64,000 nt of DNA from Bacillota bacterium (lineage in GTDB: Bacteria > Bacillota > Clostridia > Christensenellales > SZUA-584). Below are positions 1 through 10,331 of this stretch, in pieces; within the stretch, counting starts at the first letter, position 1, and every line of letters begins with the position of its first letter. The DNA is taken from the NCBI GenBank assembly GCA_023399095.1, contig JAEWQS010000006.1, forward strand, positions 4,550-68,549. The letters run 5' to 3'. The notes beneath the pieces were generated by a model, which made no database searches, was not told the DNA's origin, and saw nothing but the letters and a program-made list of their open reading frames with translations. The position numbers and the translations under genes were made by a program.

Positions 1-1408
1 CCTCAGGCTTAACCATTATGCGGACTTCACGTCCCGCCTGTATGGCGAAGCATTTTTCTACGCCTGAGAACGAATTCGCGATTTCTTCCAAAGCTTCTAA
101 GCGTTTTATATAGTTTTCGAGAGTTTCTCTTCTTGCACCGGGCCGCGCCGCCGAAATGGCGTCTGCCGACTGAACGAGCACCGCTTCCACGGTCTGCGCT
201 TCAATGTCGCCATGATGTGCCTGTATACAATGTATCACATCGTTTGCTTCCCGGTATTTCTTTGCCAGATCGGCACCGATCTGGATATGTGGACCTTCGA
301 CCTCATGGTCAACTGCTTTTCCGATGTCATGCAGAAGACCGCCGCGTTTGGCAAGCTTGATATTGGCTCCAAGCTCTGCCGCCATGACTGCCGACAGATG
401 TGCAACCTCCAGTGAATGCTTAAGTACATTCTGACCATAGCTTGTGCGGTATTTGAGCCTTCCAAGAAGCTTGATGATTTCAGGGTGCAGATTATGTATG
501 CCGGTATCAAAAGCGGCCTGCTCTCCCGCGTCACGTATCTCCTTATCCACCTCTTTGCGCGCTTTTTTGACCATTTCTTCAATGCGTGCCGGATGGATTC
601 TGCCATCGATGATGAGCTTTTCAAGCGCGATCCGCGCCACTTCTCTCCTGATGGGGTCAAATCCGGACAGTATGACGGCCTCCGGCGTATCATCGATGAT
701 TAAATCGATACCAGTTGCCGTTTCAAGCGCACGGATATTGCGTCCTTCACGACCAATGATTCTGCCCTTCATTTCATCGTTGGGCAACGATACAACCGAA
801 ACAGTATTTTCCGCCACGTGATCAGCCGCATATTTCTGAATGGCATTGGCTATGATTTCACGGGACTTCTTGTCGGCCTCTTCTTTGGCCTTATACTCGA
901 TATCCCGAACATAAACCGCCATGTCGCGTCTGGTTTCCTGCTCGACCTTTTCAAGCAGCAGCGATTTGGCTTCATCAATCGTCAAACCGGATATTTTCTC
1001 CAGCTGAGCGACCTGATCGGCAAACACCTGATCAATATCTTCCTTGCGTTTGCTGACTTCCTTAAGCTTTTTGTTGATCTGTTCGTCTTTGGATTCCACA
1101 CTTGCCATTTTCTTATCAAGCGTTTCTTCCCTTTGGGCTAACCTTCTCTCGATTCTTTGGATCTCGCTTCGTCTTTCTTTGGATTCTCTATCGAATTCAG
1201 TTCTTAATGTGTGGACTTCTTCTTTGGCTTCCAGTATCGTTTCCTTTTTGACAGCTTCGGCTTTTCTCTGAGCATCAGCCACAAGCTTTTTAACTGATTC
1301 TTCTGCCCTGCCTACTTTTGCTTCAGCTACGTTCCTTCTGTAAATATATCCCACAAACGCACCGATAACAATTGTTACAAGAGGCAGAATGACATGCCAA
1401 ATATCCAC
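1..1408 (-). CDS. rny: Ribonuclease Y (partial; C-terminus lies beyond the left edge)
   Basis: Minus-strand translation; it is absent from the ORF track because it runs off the window. It shows an N-terminal TM helix, a long coiled coil, the KH motif [15 protein letters not shown] and the HD motif HSLEVAHL...[11 protein letters not shown] start at 1408 with GGAGG upstream. Confidence 0.9.
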   Translation of the reverse strand, partial: MDIWHVILPLVTIVIGAFVGYIYRRNVAEAKVGRAEESVKKLVADAQRKAEAVKKETILEAKEEVHTLRTEFDRESKERRSEIQRIERRLAQREETLDKKMASVESKDEQINKKLKEVSKRKEDIDQVFADQVAQLEKISGLTIDEAKSLLLEKVEQETRRDMAVYVRDIEYKAKEEADKKSREIIANAIQKYAADHVAENTVSVVSLPNDEMKGRIIGREGRNIRALETATGIDLIIDDTPEAVILSGFDPIRREVARIALEKLIIDGRIHPARIEEMVKKARKEVDKEIRDAGEQAAFDTGIHNLHPEIIKLLGRLKYRTSYGQNVLKHSLEVAHLSAVMAAELGANIKLAKRGGLLHDIGKAVDHEVEGPHIQIGADLAKKYREANDVIHCIQAHHGDIEAQTVEAVLVQSADAISAARPGARRETLENYIKRLEALEEIANSFSGVEKCFAIQAGREVRIMVKPE

Positions 1409-1650
1409 TTGAGTATGTCGCACCTCCTCTATTAAGTTTTAATGCAAATATATCCCTTTAACCAATTACCCTTTGTATATTTGCTGTTTGTTTATGCACT
1501 TCAATTATAATCTTATAATTCGCGTTATAAAATTATACTCTCTGTGCCTATAAGATTGCTAATAAGGAATTATCTATAAGAAGAAAATAATAGTAATATC
1601 TCATATTAGAACCATGATCAATTTTATTATCTGCGTAGATTTTTGTCAAG

Positions 1651-2514
1651 TCAGGATATACCCATGTCGCCACTTTCTTCGTCGGTACGGCTCTTTTTGA
1701 AAGCCAAAACGGCAAGAAGAAAGCATACGGCAGCGATAATAGGATAATAAAATTTGAAACCAGCTATTAGAGGCCAAAGCAATACGATAAAACCGCATAT
1801 CACATAACGCTTGATCTTAGTTTTGCTCAAGGTGGACTGTTTAATTTTTTCAAACGTCAATATGGATGCGTTCATCTCATTTTCTGCCCGCTGCTCTGCC
1901 TCTTCTTCATTCGGCAGCATATCATTCTTAACGGCGAGCCTTAAGACAAAAGAACCCGGTATCAACGTAATGCTTTCGGTCATTCCCTCACAAAGCTTTT
2001 GAGCATTTTCGCTAAATTCGCTGAGCGATATTATAATCAACGGCTCGCTATTGCCTCTCAATACATCCAGAATATCAGACACATCGATATTTGAACGGGG
2101 ATGATTATGAAATGCGTATACCATTACATCGTCCTTATAGGCGGTAAAGCCTTTGTTCCACGGCTTGATATTCTCAATACCATTCAATAGCTTATCTATG
2201 TAATCTGAAAACTGGTGTATGGTCATAAACGTCAGTGTTTCAAGTAAGCATTTTTCTTTAATGCTGTTTATTTCTTTGCATATAAACCGTTCCGTTCTTT
2301 TTCGATTTATCAACAGTATCAAAAGGCTTAAAGCAATTGTGAGAAATATCGAAATAGTTATCGACACCGTAATGGAACGGCTAAAATAAAGCAGCACCCA
2401 AAACAGCATAAATGCGAAGAAAAACCTAAACACGACAAGATCAATTATTCGGGCTACGAGTGATCGCCCGCCATGCATTTTCTTTCGATAATATCGCAGC
2501 ATCCTTGCATCCAT
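1651..2514 (-). CDS. Hypothetical membrane protein (2 N-terminal and 2 C-terminal TM helices around a soluble domain)
   Basis: Long ORF. The internal ATG at 2514 is preceded by GAGGAGGTAAAGG. Hydrophobic segments are visible in the translation. No family recognised. Confidence 0.6.
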   Translation of the reverse strand: MDARMLRYYRKKMHGGRSLVARIIDLVVFRFFFAFMLFWVLLYFSRSITVSITISIFLTIALSLLILLINRKRTERFICKEINSIKEKCLLETLTFMTIHQFSDYIDKLLNGIENIKPWNKGFTAYKDDVMVYAFHNHPRSNIDVSDILDVLRGNSEPLIIISLSEFSENAQKLCEGMTESITLIPGSFVLRLAVKNDMLPNEEEAEQRAENEMNASILTFEKIKQSTLSKTKIKRYVICGFIVLLWPLIAGFKFYYPIIAAVCFLLAVLAFKKSRTDEESGDMGIS

Positions 2515-2625
2515 AACCTTTACCTCCTCTACAAACATTGTAGCCACATGATATTTATTGTATACTTGCACAACTTGTTATAAATTTTGGGCTAGTGTAT
2601 AATACTAGATGTGAAAGGTGCCGGT

Positions 2626-3291
2626 ATGCGCGATTTAACGGAGTTTTCTCATCTTGAAACAGAATATCTGCGAATGAAGCCAAACAGAATCGGTCTTTTG
2701 GGAGGCACGTTTAATCCTATCCACAGCGGTCATCTTAAAATGGCTTATATTGCGTTGTATGAGTTTGGTCTTGGTGAGATTGTCTTTCTGCCGCTTGGCA
2801 TCCCTCCGCATAAGCGAGACGATTTTGTTGCGTGTGTTCAGCATCGTCTTGAAATGATTAAGATTGCAATTGCTGATGAGAAGAGATTTAGCCTAAGCAC
2901 ACTTGAGACGGATAGAAAAGGGTACACATATACGGTTGACACCTTGGAACTGCTTGCGCGCAGCCAGACTCAAAATGCATATTATTATATTATTGGCGCG
3001 GATACGCTGTATGAGCTGGAAAAATGGAGGAATTACGAGCGGGTCTTTGTATTAACGGACTTTATCTGTATTCTTCGCCCCGGTCAGGACACTGCTAAAG
3101 TGCGTCAGCATGCGAACAGGCTCAATGATCGCTTTGGGAATAAAATTCATCTGGCAAATGAATGCGGGCCCAACATATCATCCTCGCAGATTCGGACACA
3201 GATTAGCGCAAATAAGCTTGCAGACGGTTTGATTCCTATAAAAGTAGCTCAATATATCGTACAAAACAGGGTATATAATCAAGAGGTTTAA
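2626..3291 (+). CDS. nadD: Nicotinate-nucleotide adenylyltransferase
   Basis: GGTFNPIHSGHL nucleotidyltransferase motif and ISSSQIR C-terminal motif. Conserved nadD-yqeK-rsfS order. The start could also be GTG at 2611. Confidence 0.9.
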   Translation: MRDLTEFSHLETEYLRMKPNRIGLLGGTFNPIHSGHLKMAYIALYEFGLGEIVFLPLGIPPHKRDDFVACVQHRLEMIKIAIADEKRFSLSTLETDRKGYTYTVDTLELLARSQTQNAYYYIIGADTLYELEKWRNYERVFVLTDFICILRPGQDTAKVRQHANRLNDRFGNKIHLANECGPNISSSQIRTQISANKLADGLIPIKVAQYIVQNRVYNQEV

Positions 3292-3867
3292 ATGCCAGAC
3301 GATACAACACTTATTCGCTATCTCGAAGAGAATATTGACGACAAGCGCCTCGCTCATTCACTGGGCACTGCCAGTGAGGCTGTGAAACTTGCAAAGATTT
3401 ACGGAGCTGATCCAAAAAAGGCTTATGTAGCCGGTTTGCTCCATGACGTGGCCAAAGGCAAATGCCAATATGGACTCAGAAAATATGCAGACCAATATGG
3501 TATTTTCATTGATGATATAGAGGCAAAGAATGTCGAGCTGATTCATGGAAAGCTCGGTGCGGCTATGGTTAAAGAACAGCTGTGTATAGACGATGAAGAT
3601 ATACTTTCCGCAATACGCTGGCATACAACAGGCCGAGCCGGCATGTCTTTGCTTGAAAAAGTCATTTATCTCGCCGATCTTATAGAACCAGGACGGGATT
3701 TTGAGGATATTGAGGCCATCAGACAAATTGCCTATCAGGATATCGATAAGGCGATGCTTATAGCGCTGGATCAAGTCATGTGTTTTGTGGGGAGCAAGGG
3801 CTTTGCTTTGCACACGAATAGCCTTGAGGCTTACAACTATTTTATTAATAAGGAGGAAGAAAATTAA
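3292..3867 (+). CDS. yqeK: HD-domain phosphohydrolase YqeK (bis(5'-nucleosyl)-tetraphosphatase type)
   Basis: HD motif RLAHSLGT...LLHDVAK. It lies immediately downstream of nadD; the ATG abuts the nadD stop. Confidence 0.85.
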   Translation: MPDDTTLIRYLEENIDDKRLAHSLGTASEAVKLAKIYGADPKKAYVAGLLHDVAKGKCQYGLRKYADQYGIFIDDIEAKNVELIHGKLGAAMVKEQLCIDDEDILSAIRWHTTGRAGMSLLEKVIYLADLIEPGRDFEDIEAIRQIAYQDIDKAMLIALDQVMCFVGSKGFALHTNSLEAYNYFINKEEEN

Positions 3868-3871
3868 TTTG

Positions 3872-4243
3872 ATGCACCAATTCAATGACGACGTTGTGGA
3901 AGTATCCAAACAATTGTTTCTGAAAAAAGCTGAGGATGTGAGAGTGCTGCACGTATCACATCTGACAATCGTGGCGGACTATTTTATACTCGCCAGCGGT
4001 CGTTCGGACGTTCATGTTAAATCACTCTGCGATGATGTTGAAAAATTCATGATGGCGAAAGGAAAGCAACGGCTTCGAATAGAAGGCTATCGCGAAGGCC
4101 GATGGATCGTGCTTGACTACGGCGACGTATTGATTCATGTTTTTCATAAGCAAGAACGTGAGTTTTACGGCCTTGAACGCCTTTGGGTGGATGGAGACAA
4201 TTGCCTAATAATTACGGAGGATGATGTCAAACCTAAAGAGTAG
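3872..4243 (+). CDS. rsfS: Ribosome silencing factor RsfS
   Basis: DYFILASGRSDVHVKS...WIVLDYGDVLIHVFHKQEREFYGLERLW is typical of RsfS/IojAP. AAGGAGGAAG lies upstream. Confidence 0.85.
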   Translation: MHQFNDDVVEVSKQLFLKKAEDVRVLHVSHLTIVADYFILASGRSDVHVKSLCDDVEKFMMAKGKQRLRIEGYREGRWIVLDYGDVLIHVFHKQEREFYGLERLWVDGDNCLIITEDDVKPKE

Positions 4244-4270
4244 GGCGTGTTTTTCGGTTTATGAAAGCTA

Positions 4271-4305
4271 AAGGCACAAAGTGCAGAAAACTTTGTGCCT
4301 TTTAT
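4271..4305 (+). terminator. Rho-independent terminator after rsfS
   Basis: 11-bp perfect stem AAGGCACAAAG/CTTTGTGCCTT with a 9-nt loop, followed by a T-rich tract. Confidence 0.6.
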
Positions 4306-4335
4306 ATGTTCTTTTTATATTTTCAATATGACTTC

Positions 4336-5712
4336 TTAGAACACGCGCCGTGCACAGATAAAGTTTCTTGTCCAATACGATGAACCCATGATGTTGGAAC
4401 AAATACGCACCTGGTCGTCACTGGAACCTGCATCAATCATCTGACCGTCACCCATATAGATGCCCACATGGCCTTTAAAACAGATGATATCTCCTCTGGC
4501 CATATCCGACATGCTTGTGACTTTCGGAAGGCCGCAGTTTGCCCATCCTTTGGATGTCATGTAACCGATTTTATAGCCTGCCGTATTAAGACAGTAGTAG
4601 ACGAAGCCAGAGCAATCAAACTCGTTGGGCCCCTTCCCCGCTCGTGTATAGTTGCAGCCCAGCTTAGACTTAGCAATTTCAATAAGCTTATCAACGGATG
4701 CTTCGTCGGGATTGCCCACTGCGATGACGCTGCCTCCGCCAGATCCACCGCCTGAACTGCTAGCGCTGCCGCTTGTCGTCTTGGCGGGTCTGGCATCCTC
4801 CGAATATAGGATTTCCCTTGTGTATTCACCGATATTGCCGTCGGCAGAAAGACCATTTCGCGTTTGAAAGCTCTTAACAGCAGCCTCAGTATCAGTGCCG
4901 AAATAGCCGGTATGGCCGGCTTTAAGGTAATTGTGTGCCTGCAATCTCTCCTGCATGGCCACAACGTCGTTACCCCTGTCGCCAAGCTTTACAGTATAAG
5001 GCAGTGCTTCTTCCGAAAACAAGGCAGTTAATGTTTGTTCACCAAGCAACCCGTCTACCTGCAGGTTGTTTTTTCTCTGGAAGAGCTGAAGCGAAAATTT
5101 TGTACCTCTGCCGTAAAAGTCTGTCGGCTCATCTGGATCCATAAAATTAAGCTCCATCAGGCGTTCCTGTACATCTATAATTCGCGGATCGTGAACACCG
5201 GGAACCAGTTCAACTTCATCGGGTGCGGTTGTGGGTATGGGAGTGGGCTGAGACGTTGCAGCCGCTGCTTTTTCGAAACCCATACCTTGGGTATCGACTT
5301 CCAAAAGACCGATTTGTTGACCACCCTCTTGCGTATCAGCGGAAACAGGCTCGCCGTTTTGAGAGACAATTGTATTTCCGGCAATTGCAATGCCGTTATT
5401 CACAGATGCCAAAGCTCCATTTTGAGATATGGGCAGTGCAATTGCCAAAACGATTGCAGCAATGATAGCAAAGCTGCAGCTTGCGATGATAATCTTCTTG
5501 TTTTGCCACCATCTTGTTGGTTTCCTTCGGGTATTGCTCCGCATAACCGGCACAGCCACGGAGCCGCCTTTCGAATAACCCGCCTTTTTATCAGATAAGG
5601 ATGAATGCGAAAACAATACGCGGGTACGCTTAAGAATTCGTCCAAAAGCCCGCTTTAGGTTGTATATCGTTTTTACGCAATATTCTTTAATATTGGCGAG
5701 AATACCCTTCAT
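4336..5712 (-). CDS. NlpC/P60 cell-wall hydrolase with two PG_binding_1 repeats and an N-terminal membrane anchor
   Basis: The C-terminus has DCSGFVYY...GHVGIY (NlpC/P60 Cys/His). Two LQ..L...G......DG.FG..T repeats are present, plus a Gly/Ser linker. ATG at 5712 follows AGAGG. Confidence 0.85.
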   Translation of the reverse strand: MKGILANIKEYCVKTIYNLKRAFGRILKRTRVLFSHSSLSDKKAGYSKGGSVAVPVMRSNTRRKPTRWWQNKKIIIASCSFAIIAAIVLAIALPISQNGALASVNNGIAIAGNTIVSQNGEPVSADTQEGGQQIGLLEVDTQGMGFEKAAAATSQPTPIPTTAPDEVELVPGVHDPRIIDVQERLMELNFMDPDEPTDFYGRGTKFSLQLFQRKNNLQVDGLLGEQTLTALFSEEALPYTVKLGDRGNDVVAMQERLQAHNYLKAGHTGYFGTDTEAAVKSFQTRNGLSADGNIGEYTREILYSEDARPAKTTSGSASSSGGGSGGGSVIAVGNPDEASVDKLIEIAKSKLGCNYTRAGKGPNEFDCSGFVYYCLNTAGYKIGYMTSKGWANCGLPKVTSMSDMARGDIICFKGHVGIYMGDGQMIDAGSSDDQVRICSNIMGSSYWTRNFICARRVF

Positions 5713-5824
5713 AATAACCTCTTGAGTATGCAATATATGTAATGATAACGTAATGCTCTTGTAACTATTTAATAATATTATACGCAAGAAATTAAAATAT
5801 GCAACCTCTTTTATATAGTTGTGG

Positions 5825-6490
5825 TTATATTTGGTCACGATATTTTTCCATCAGCTGTTTAAATATCTCAGCTGACGTCGGCGGTGTGTATGTAATGGCG
5901 TTAGCGCCGGCTTCAATTGTCCTTTGAATGGACTCTTCAGTTGGGCCGCCCGTTGCGATGATAGGCACCTCAGGATATTTTTTACGAATAGATTTGACAA
6001 TGCTTGGAGACTTGGACGCTCCAGATACGTTGATGATGGACGCGCCGCATTTCAGCCTCTCTCCCACATCTTCGGCTTCAGATACCACAGTAATAAGGAT
6101 GGGAATATCGATACGGTCTTTGAGCTTGAGCAAAACCTCGTTGGAGGTTGGTGCATTGACAACAACGCCGATGGCTCCCTGGAACTCCGCGTCCATTGCA
6201 AGGTTGACCACACGTTTTCCGGTTGTGGTTCCTCCCCCCACACCGCAGAATACCGGTATATCGGAAACAGTGATGATTGCATGCGTAATAAGCGGCTGGG
6301 GCGTAAATGGATAAACAGCGATCACTGCGTTTGCGTTGCAATTTTTTATCAAAGCCACATCAGTCGTAAAAATCAATGATTTAATTGTTTTGCCGAAAAT
6401 GCGGATTCCGCTAACCTCGTTGATAATTTCGGGTACGCGAACCATATGCTTTCTCAAATTTCCGTGAATCTCGGGGACAAACTGGCTCAT
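5825..6490 (-). CDS. Predicted TIM-barrel (phosphate-binding beta/alpha barrel) protein, function unknown
   Basis: Clean 221-aa ORF. It has alternating beta/alpha sequence character and Gly-rich phosphate-binding-like motifs (CGVGGGTTTG, IIATGGPTEE). The family was not identified with certainty. Confidence 0.55.
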   Translation of the reverse strand: MSQFVPEIHGNLRKHMVRVPEIINEVSGIRIFGKTIKSLIFTTDVALIKNCNANAVIAVYPFTPQPLITHAIITVSDIPVFCGVGGGTTTGKRVVNLAMDAEFQGAIGVVVNAPTSNEVLLKLKDRIDIPILITVVSEAEDVGERLKCGASIINVSGASKSPSIVKSIRKKYPEVPIIATGGPTEESIQRTIEAGANAITYTPPTSAEIFKQLMEKYRDQI

Positions 6491-6919
6491 AAATAATCTC
6501 CTTATAAGTGTATAAGTCAGTAATACTTTCGCAATAGATGTACTAACGATTCTTACCTAAGTTTTAATCTTTTTATTCATTTGACGGCAACCAAGACAAA
6601 TTGTGAAACAATGATGAGATAATAATGTATTATTTCCTATATAGGAGTAAGATATAATTCGATATCCGTAACGATAAACCTTTTTTTAATAATAAATTTG
6701 CATAATATTTAACAAGTATTGAAGTGCATTGTTATTCTGCTTACATAAATAAGCTGTTGGCGGTGGCACATGCACGCAGTATCGCGATGCCGCCATTAAT
6801 AGCTTAAATTTGCTTTACCTATGAATTCTTTCATCCGCAAATATCCAACGCCAAGGCCGGTTGTTTTCTGGAATGCGCTTGTAATATAATAATGATACAT
6901 ACAAATTCGGAGGTAGACA

Positions 6920-7114
6920 ATGGCCTGCAACAAAAAAATTCAATGTTCATGCACCTATACGTCTTGTTCGCATCATGGTAAGTGCTGCGAATGTATCGAC
7001 TACCACCGAAGGCTGGGTGAAGCACCCGGCTGTCTTTTCTCTAAAAAAGTCGAAAAGACATACGACCGCAGTATCGATATGCTTTATAAAGACAGCAGAA
7101 GTGTCAGAAGATAA
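6920..7114 (+). CDS. Small Cys-rich protein (DUF6485-like)
   Basis: 64 aa with the CSC...C..HGKCCECIDYH...GCLF cysteine pattern, GGAGG upstream and a hairpin terminator downstream. Confidence 0.5.
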   Translation: MACNKKIQCSCTYTSCSHHGKCCECIDYHRRLGEAPGCLFSKKVEKTYDRSIDMLYKDSRSVRR

Positions 7115-7175
7115 GCTCATTGGATTATTCCGATTAGACTTTTCTGTAACTATAACCAACACGAAGACCAAACCT

Positions 7176-7206
7176 TATAAGACCGGTGTGCAAAGCCGGT
7201 CTTATA
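7176..7206. terminator. Hairpin between convergent genes (bidirectional terminator candidate)
   Basis: 11-bp perfect stem TATAAGACCGG/CCGGTCTTATA with a 9-nt loop. Confidence 0.6.
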
Positions 7207-7230
7207 GTATCGTTTTAAGGTGTGTGATAT

Positions 7231-7572
7231 TCAATAAAGTTGCTCTTGAGAATATCTTTCTCGCGTCATTTCTATCAGCGCTTCGATATCCGACTTAAAC
7301 TCACTCTCAGTCTGTTCCTCTTTCTTTTCCAGCTCTTCAATCACTTCAAATACAAAGCATGAGCCGTTTTCGCCCCAATCATTGCGCAGCTTGGGATGTA
7401 AACAGCCGCCCATCTGCTGCGAGAAATTGAAGCGATTTAGGCTTCCCGGCATGTCTGTCGTGCTGAATAGCAGTCTCTTATTATTTTGAGTGTTACGTGC
7501 GGCATATACGCCGCCAATCACGCGGCGCAAGGCATATTGCTCTTTAAGCTTCTTTCTTTTTTCATTATCCAT
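7231..7572 (-). CDS. Small GIY-YIG-like domain protein
   Basis: GGVYAARN...(~10 aa)...LLFST...R...FEVIEEL spacing resembles short GIY-YIG family proteins. The start ATG overlaps the upstream stop (TGATG). Confidence 0.5.
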   Translation of the reverse strand: MDNEKRKKLKEQYALRRVIGGVYAARNTQNNKRLLFSTTDMPGSLNRFNFSQQMGGCLHPKLRNDWGENGSCFVFEVIEELEKKEEQTESEFKSDIEALIEMTRERYSQEQLY

Positions 7573-8051
7573 CAATAACCCAGCTCCTTTAATAGCCGCG
7601 ATAGCGTTGCAAGACGCTCACCTATCAATTCGTCGTCAGTGCTCAATACGTTCGCAAAAAGCTTGATATCCTCTTCAATAAGCGGATTATCCGTGCAAAC
7701 CGATACGGTCATCGCGTCTCCTTGCAAACCGATGCGGTCGAGTTGCGTATTTTCCGGGTCATAAAGCTTTTCATAGCGATACGCTTCTTTAAAGTGCTGT
7801 TTTGCCCGGCAAACGAGAATCGCCAAATCAATGACACGGTGTAATGGCAGCTCTTCGGACTGCCGTGACCACTTCTCCCCTGTATATCTCCAGACCTTCG
7901 CGGAAATCTCCACCTTGCCTCGGTCGTTCCATTGTGCAAGACCAAGCGAAAGCCCCTTGGTATCGGAATTGTATGCGTTGCGGCCATCTATATTTTCGTA
8001 ATTTTCGGATACGATGACTGGTTTGTGCTTAAGCGTTGTGGGAATTTTCAT
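7572..8051 (-). CDS. Conserved hypothetical protein (DUF6530-like)
   Basis: 159-aa ORF translationally coupled to the downstream GIY-YIG-like gene. The family assignment is from memory only. Confidence 0.5.
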   Translation of the reverse strand: MKIPTTLKHKPVIVSENYENIDGRNAYNSDTKGLSLGLAQWNDRGKVEISAKVWRYTGEKWSRQSEELPLHRVIDLAILVCRAKQHFKEAYRYEKLYDPENTQLDRIGLQGDAMTVSVCTDNPLIEEDIKLFANVLSTDDELIGERLATLSRLLKELGY

Positions 8052-8306
8052 TTTCTGTTCTCCAATTACTTATTTACTAATCTACTAATATAATTAATAT
8101 AGTTTATCTCAAATTAAATGTCAATACATTCGCTTATTTCATGGGAGATGCTTTTTTATGATACATGAAATAATCACGCTGTTTGCTACGAAAATTGAGT
8201 GGAAAAATAAATGAAAATAATGTGGAAACGATGAGAGAGCAGGCTCGCATTGACGAACATGGATGGGTCATTATGTGTACGCAGGATGTTTTGCAGGCGT
8301 ATGGTC

Positions 8307-9527
8307 TCAGTCGGTTTTCTGCGCAAGCCCGGCTTTTACCAATGACTTGCTGCCAAGAAGTATAGCGCTGACGACCACCATCAGGATTCCCGTTCCCACA
8401 AGCAGCCACTCAATGGCTACCGTATCGGACAGCGGTCCAAAAACGAGCATTCCAAGTGGCATCACGGCGCTTGTGATCATGCCAAATAAACCGAATACCC
8501 GTCCCAGGAAGGATTCTTCGACCTTCTCCTGCAGAAGCACAGTCGCTGGCGTGTGAAACAACGGGATGACAATACCCGTCACGCCCATCACGACCAAATA
8601 AAGCCAGAATATCGGTATCACACCCATGGCGAATGTGCACATACCAAGCGCAAACCCTGAAAAAACCATTGTATATATCCTGTTCTTAAAGCCGCCCCAT
8701 ACAGCCATCACGAGACCGCCCAGAACCATGCCTAAGGAAAACGCAATTTCAATGGCGCTTAGGTGCCAGACTCCCCCGCTGAAGCTTCTAGTGACCTGCA
8801 ATGGCGTTAAAAAGGCAGCGGGCGCAGCAAGGAAAAAGAAAACCGCGCTGAAGCTTAGAAACTTGATGATAAAGCCATGTGATCTGATATAGGACAGGCC
8901 GCTGCGGAAATCGGAAAAATACCCTTCTTGCCGTTTCTGCATCGCTTTTTCATGCGCCGGCACATGCAGAAAAAAGATCAGTATGATAATCGCGATAGCA
9001 GCGGTCACAACATCGATAAAAAATATGATATCGAGTGTAGCCACAGCCATTAGAGCTCCGCTCGCCATGGGTGACACAAGAGTGATCACGCTTTGAATGG
9101 TGCTGTTTATGGCGTTGACGCGTGTCAGCTTCTCTTCGGGGACAATTTGCGGAATAAATGCGCCCACGGCCGGTTGCTGTATGCCCGATCCCAGCGAGCG
9201 AATCGCAGATATCAAAAATAGCAGCCAAATTGCCTCATAGCCAAGCAAATAGAGAATGGCAAGCGCAAGCGTGACAGTTGCAATGCCAGCGTCGGAGAGA
9301 ATAATGAGTTTTTTTCTATTGTAACGGTCTGCCCAGACTCCTGCGAACGGTGACAGAAAAAAGTTCGGCAAAAAACCACAGACGATCGAAAGCGTCATCA
9401 TCAGCCCTGATTGCGTGGAGAGTGTGATATGCCAGAGAATTGCGTATTGCACAAGTGACGAACCAAGCAGAGACACTGTCTGGCTCGATATAAAAATAGC
9501 GGCTTTTTTCTTCCAATCCGAATTCAT
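8307..9527 (-). CDS. MFS transporter (12 TM, drug/enterobactin-exporter-like subfamily)
   Basis: 406 aa, hydrophobic throughout, with the loop 2-3 motif GVWADRYNRKK typical of MFS. Confidence 0.85.
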   Translation of the reverse strand: MNSDWKKKAAIFISSQTVSLLGSSLVQYAILWHITLSTQSGLMMTLSIVCGFLPNFFLSPFAGVWADRYNRKKLIILSDAGIATVTLALAILYLLGYEAIWLLFLISAIRSLGSGIQQPAVGAFIPQIVPEEKLTRVNAINSTIQSVITLVSPMASGALMAVATLDIIFFIDVVTAAIAIIILIFFLHVPAHEKAMQKRQEGYFSDFRSGLSYIRSHGFIIKFLSFSAVFFFLAAPAAFLTPLQVTRSFSGGVWHLSAIEIAFSLGMVLGGLVMAVWGGFKNRIYTMVFSGFALGMCTFAMGVIPIFWLYLVVMGVTGIVIPLFHTPATVLLQEKVEESFLGRVFGLFGMITSAVMPLGMLVFGPLSDTVAIEWLLVGTGILMVVVSAILLGSKSLVKAGLAQKTD

Positions 9528-9647
9528 ATGTTTCCTATCATCGCTAAATTTGCAGACTGCTGTAAGACTTTAGCATAAGAGAACAAAGCGAGTCAATATG
9601 AAATTAAATATCATCGCCAGTAAAAAGGAAGTTTTATTAAGTAAGAC

Positions 9648-10295
9648 TCAGGCGTAACGCATAAGCATATCGGCATGAACAATGCAGAATGCCATGTCCT
9701 TGATGCCGAGCTTTCTGTTATAATAATTCTTAGCTGAGTTAACAGCATTGATTTTTTCAACCATATCCTTTGCATCAGCCGAGGCGATATCCTCAGCGCT
9801 TGTGAATCCTGCTTCTAAGAAAAGCTTAACAGCCAACGAGCCGATTCCGTTTATACGGACAAGCCCACATATGTGGTATAGCTTATCACAGTCTATCTGC
9901 TCACAAATCGGTTCTTCGATAACCGAATATGCTTCGAAGAAGTCCTTGGAATTATTAAAGCCTTTTGATTTAAGCTGCAGCACAGCCTCGGGTGGCAGAA
10001 CATCAAATTCGTTTAACGTCACAGCTTTTGGTATCAAGCCGCCGATCTCACGCTTTAGTATTTTCAGATAGTTAATATCAATATTTGATTTTTGGCTGAA
10101 GGCTGTCATCTTTGCCGTTGTCGATAACGCTTTCATCAAGGTTTGAATGTCGTCGATTCCGCTTTTTTGGATAGCAGAAAAATTTTCGTCAATGACGTCC
10201 AAGAGTACTTTGCGAGAAGGCAACAGCTCAATGCATTTCAAATGGTCTTTATATTGCTGAACAGACAGGCGGGATAGATCCGGATCATATCTCAT
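9648..10295 (-). CDS. DUF4332-type helix-hairpin-helix protein
   Basis: The C-terminal INGIGSLAVKLFLEAGFTSAEDIA HhH motif is repeated in the N-terminal half. Confidence 0.55.
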   Translation of the reverse strand: MRYDPDLSRLSVQQYKDHLKCIELLPSRKVLLDVIDENFSAIQKSGIDDIQTLMKALSTTAKMTAFSQKSNIDINYLKILKREIGGLIPKAVTLNEFDVLPPEAVLQLKSKGFNNSKDFFEAYSVIEEPICEQIDCDKLYHICGLVRINGIGSLAVKLFLEAGFTSAEDIASADAKDMVEKINAVNSAKNYYNRKLGIKDMAFCIVHADMLMRYA

Positions 10296-10331
10296 AACAC
10301 ATCATCTCCTTTTGTCTAGACTCGTACCGTG

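Noticed and set aside
133-1271. Several plus-strand ORFs (133-360, 212-415, 416-703, 444-821, 818-1141, 1044-1271) listed in the ORF track
   Set aside because: They lie antisense to an uninterrupted minus-strand reading frame with clear RNase Y KH and HD motifs. They are shadow ORFs with no RBS or recognisable product.
8183-8365. 60-aa plus-strand ORF in the gap between the DUF6530-like gene and the MFS gene
   Set aside because: It overlaps the 3' end of the MFS transporter gene and has no RBS or recognisable family.
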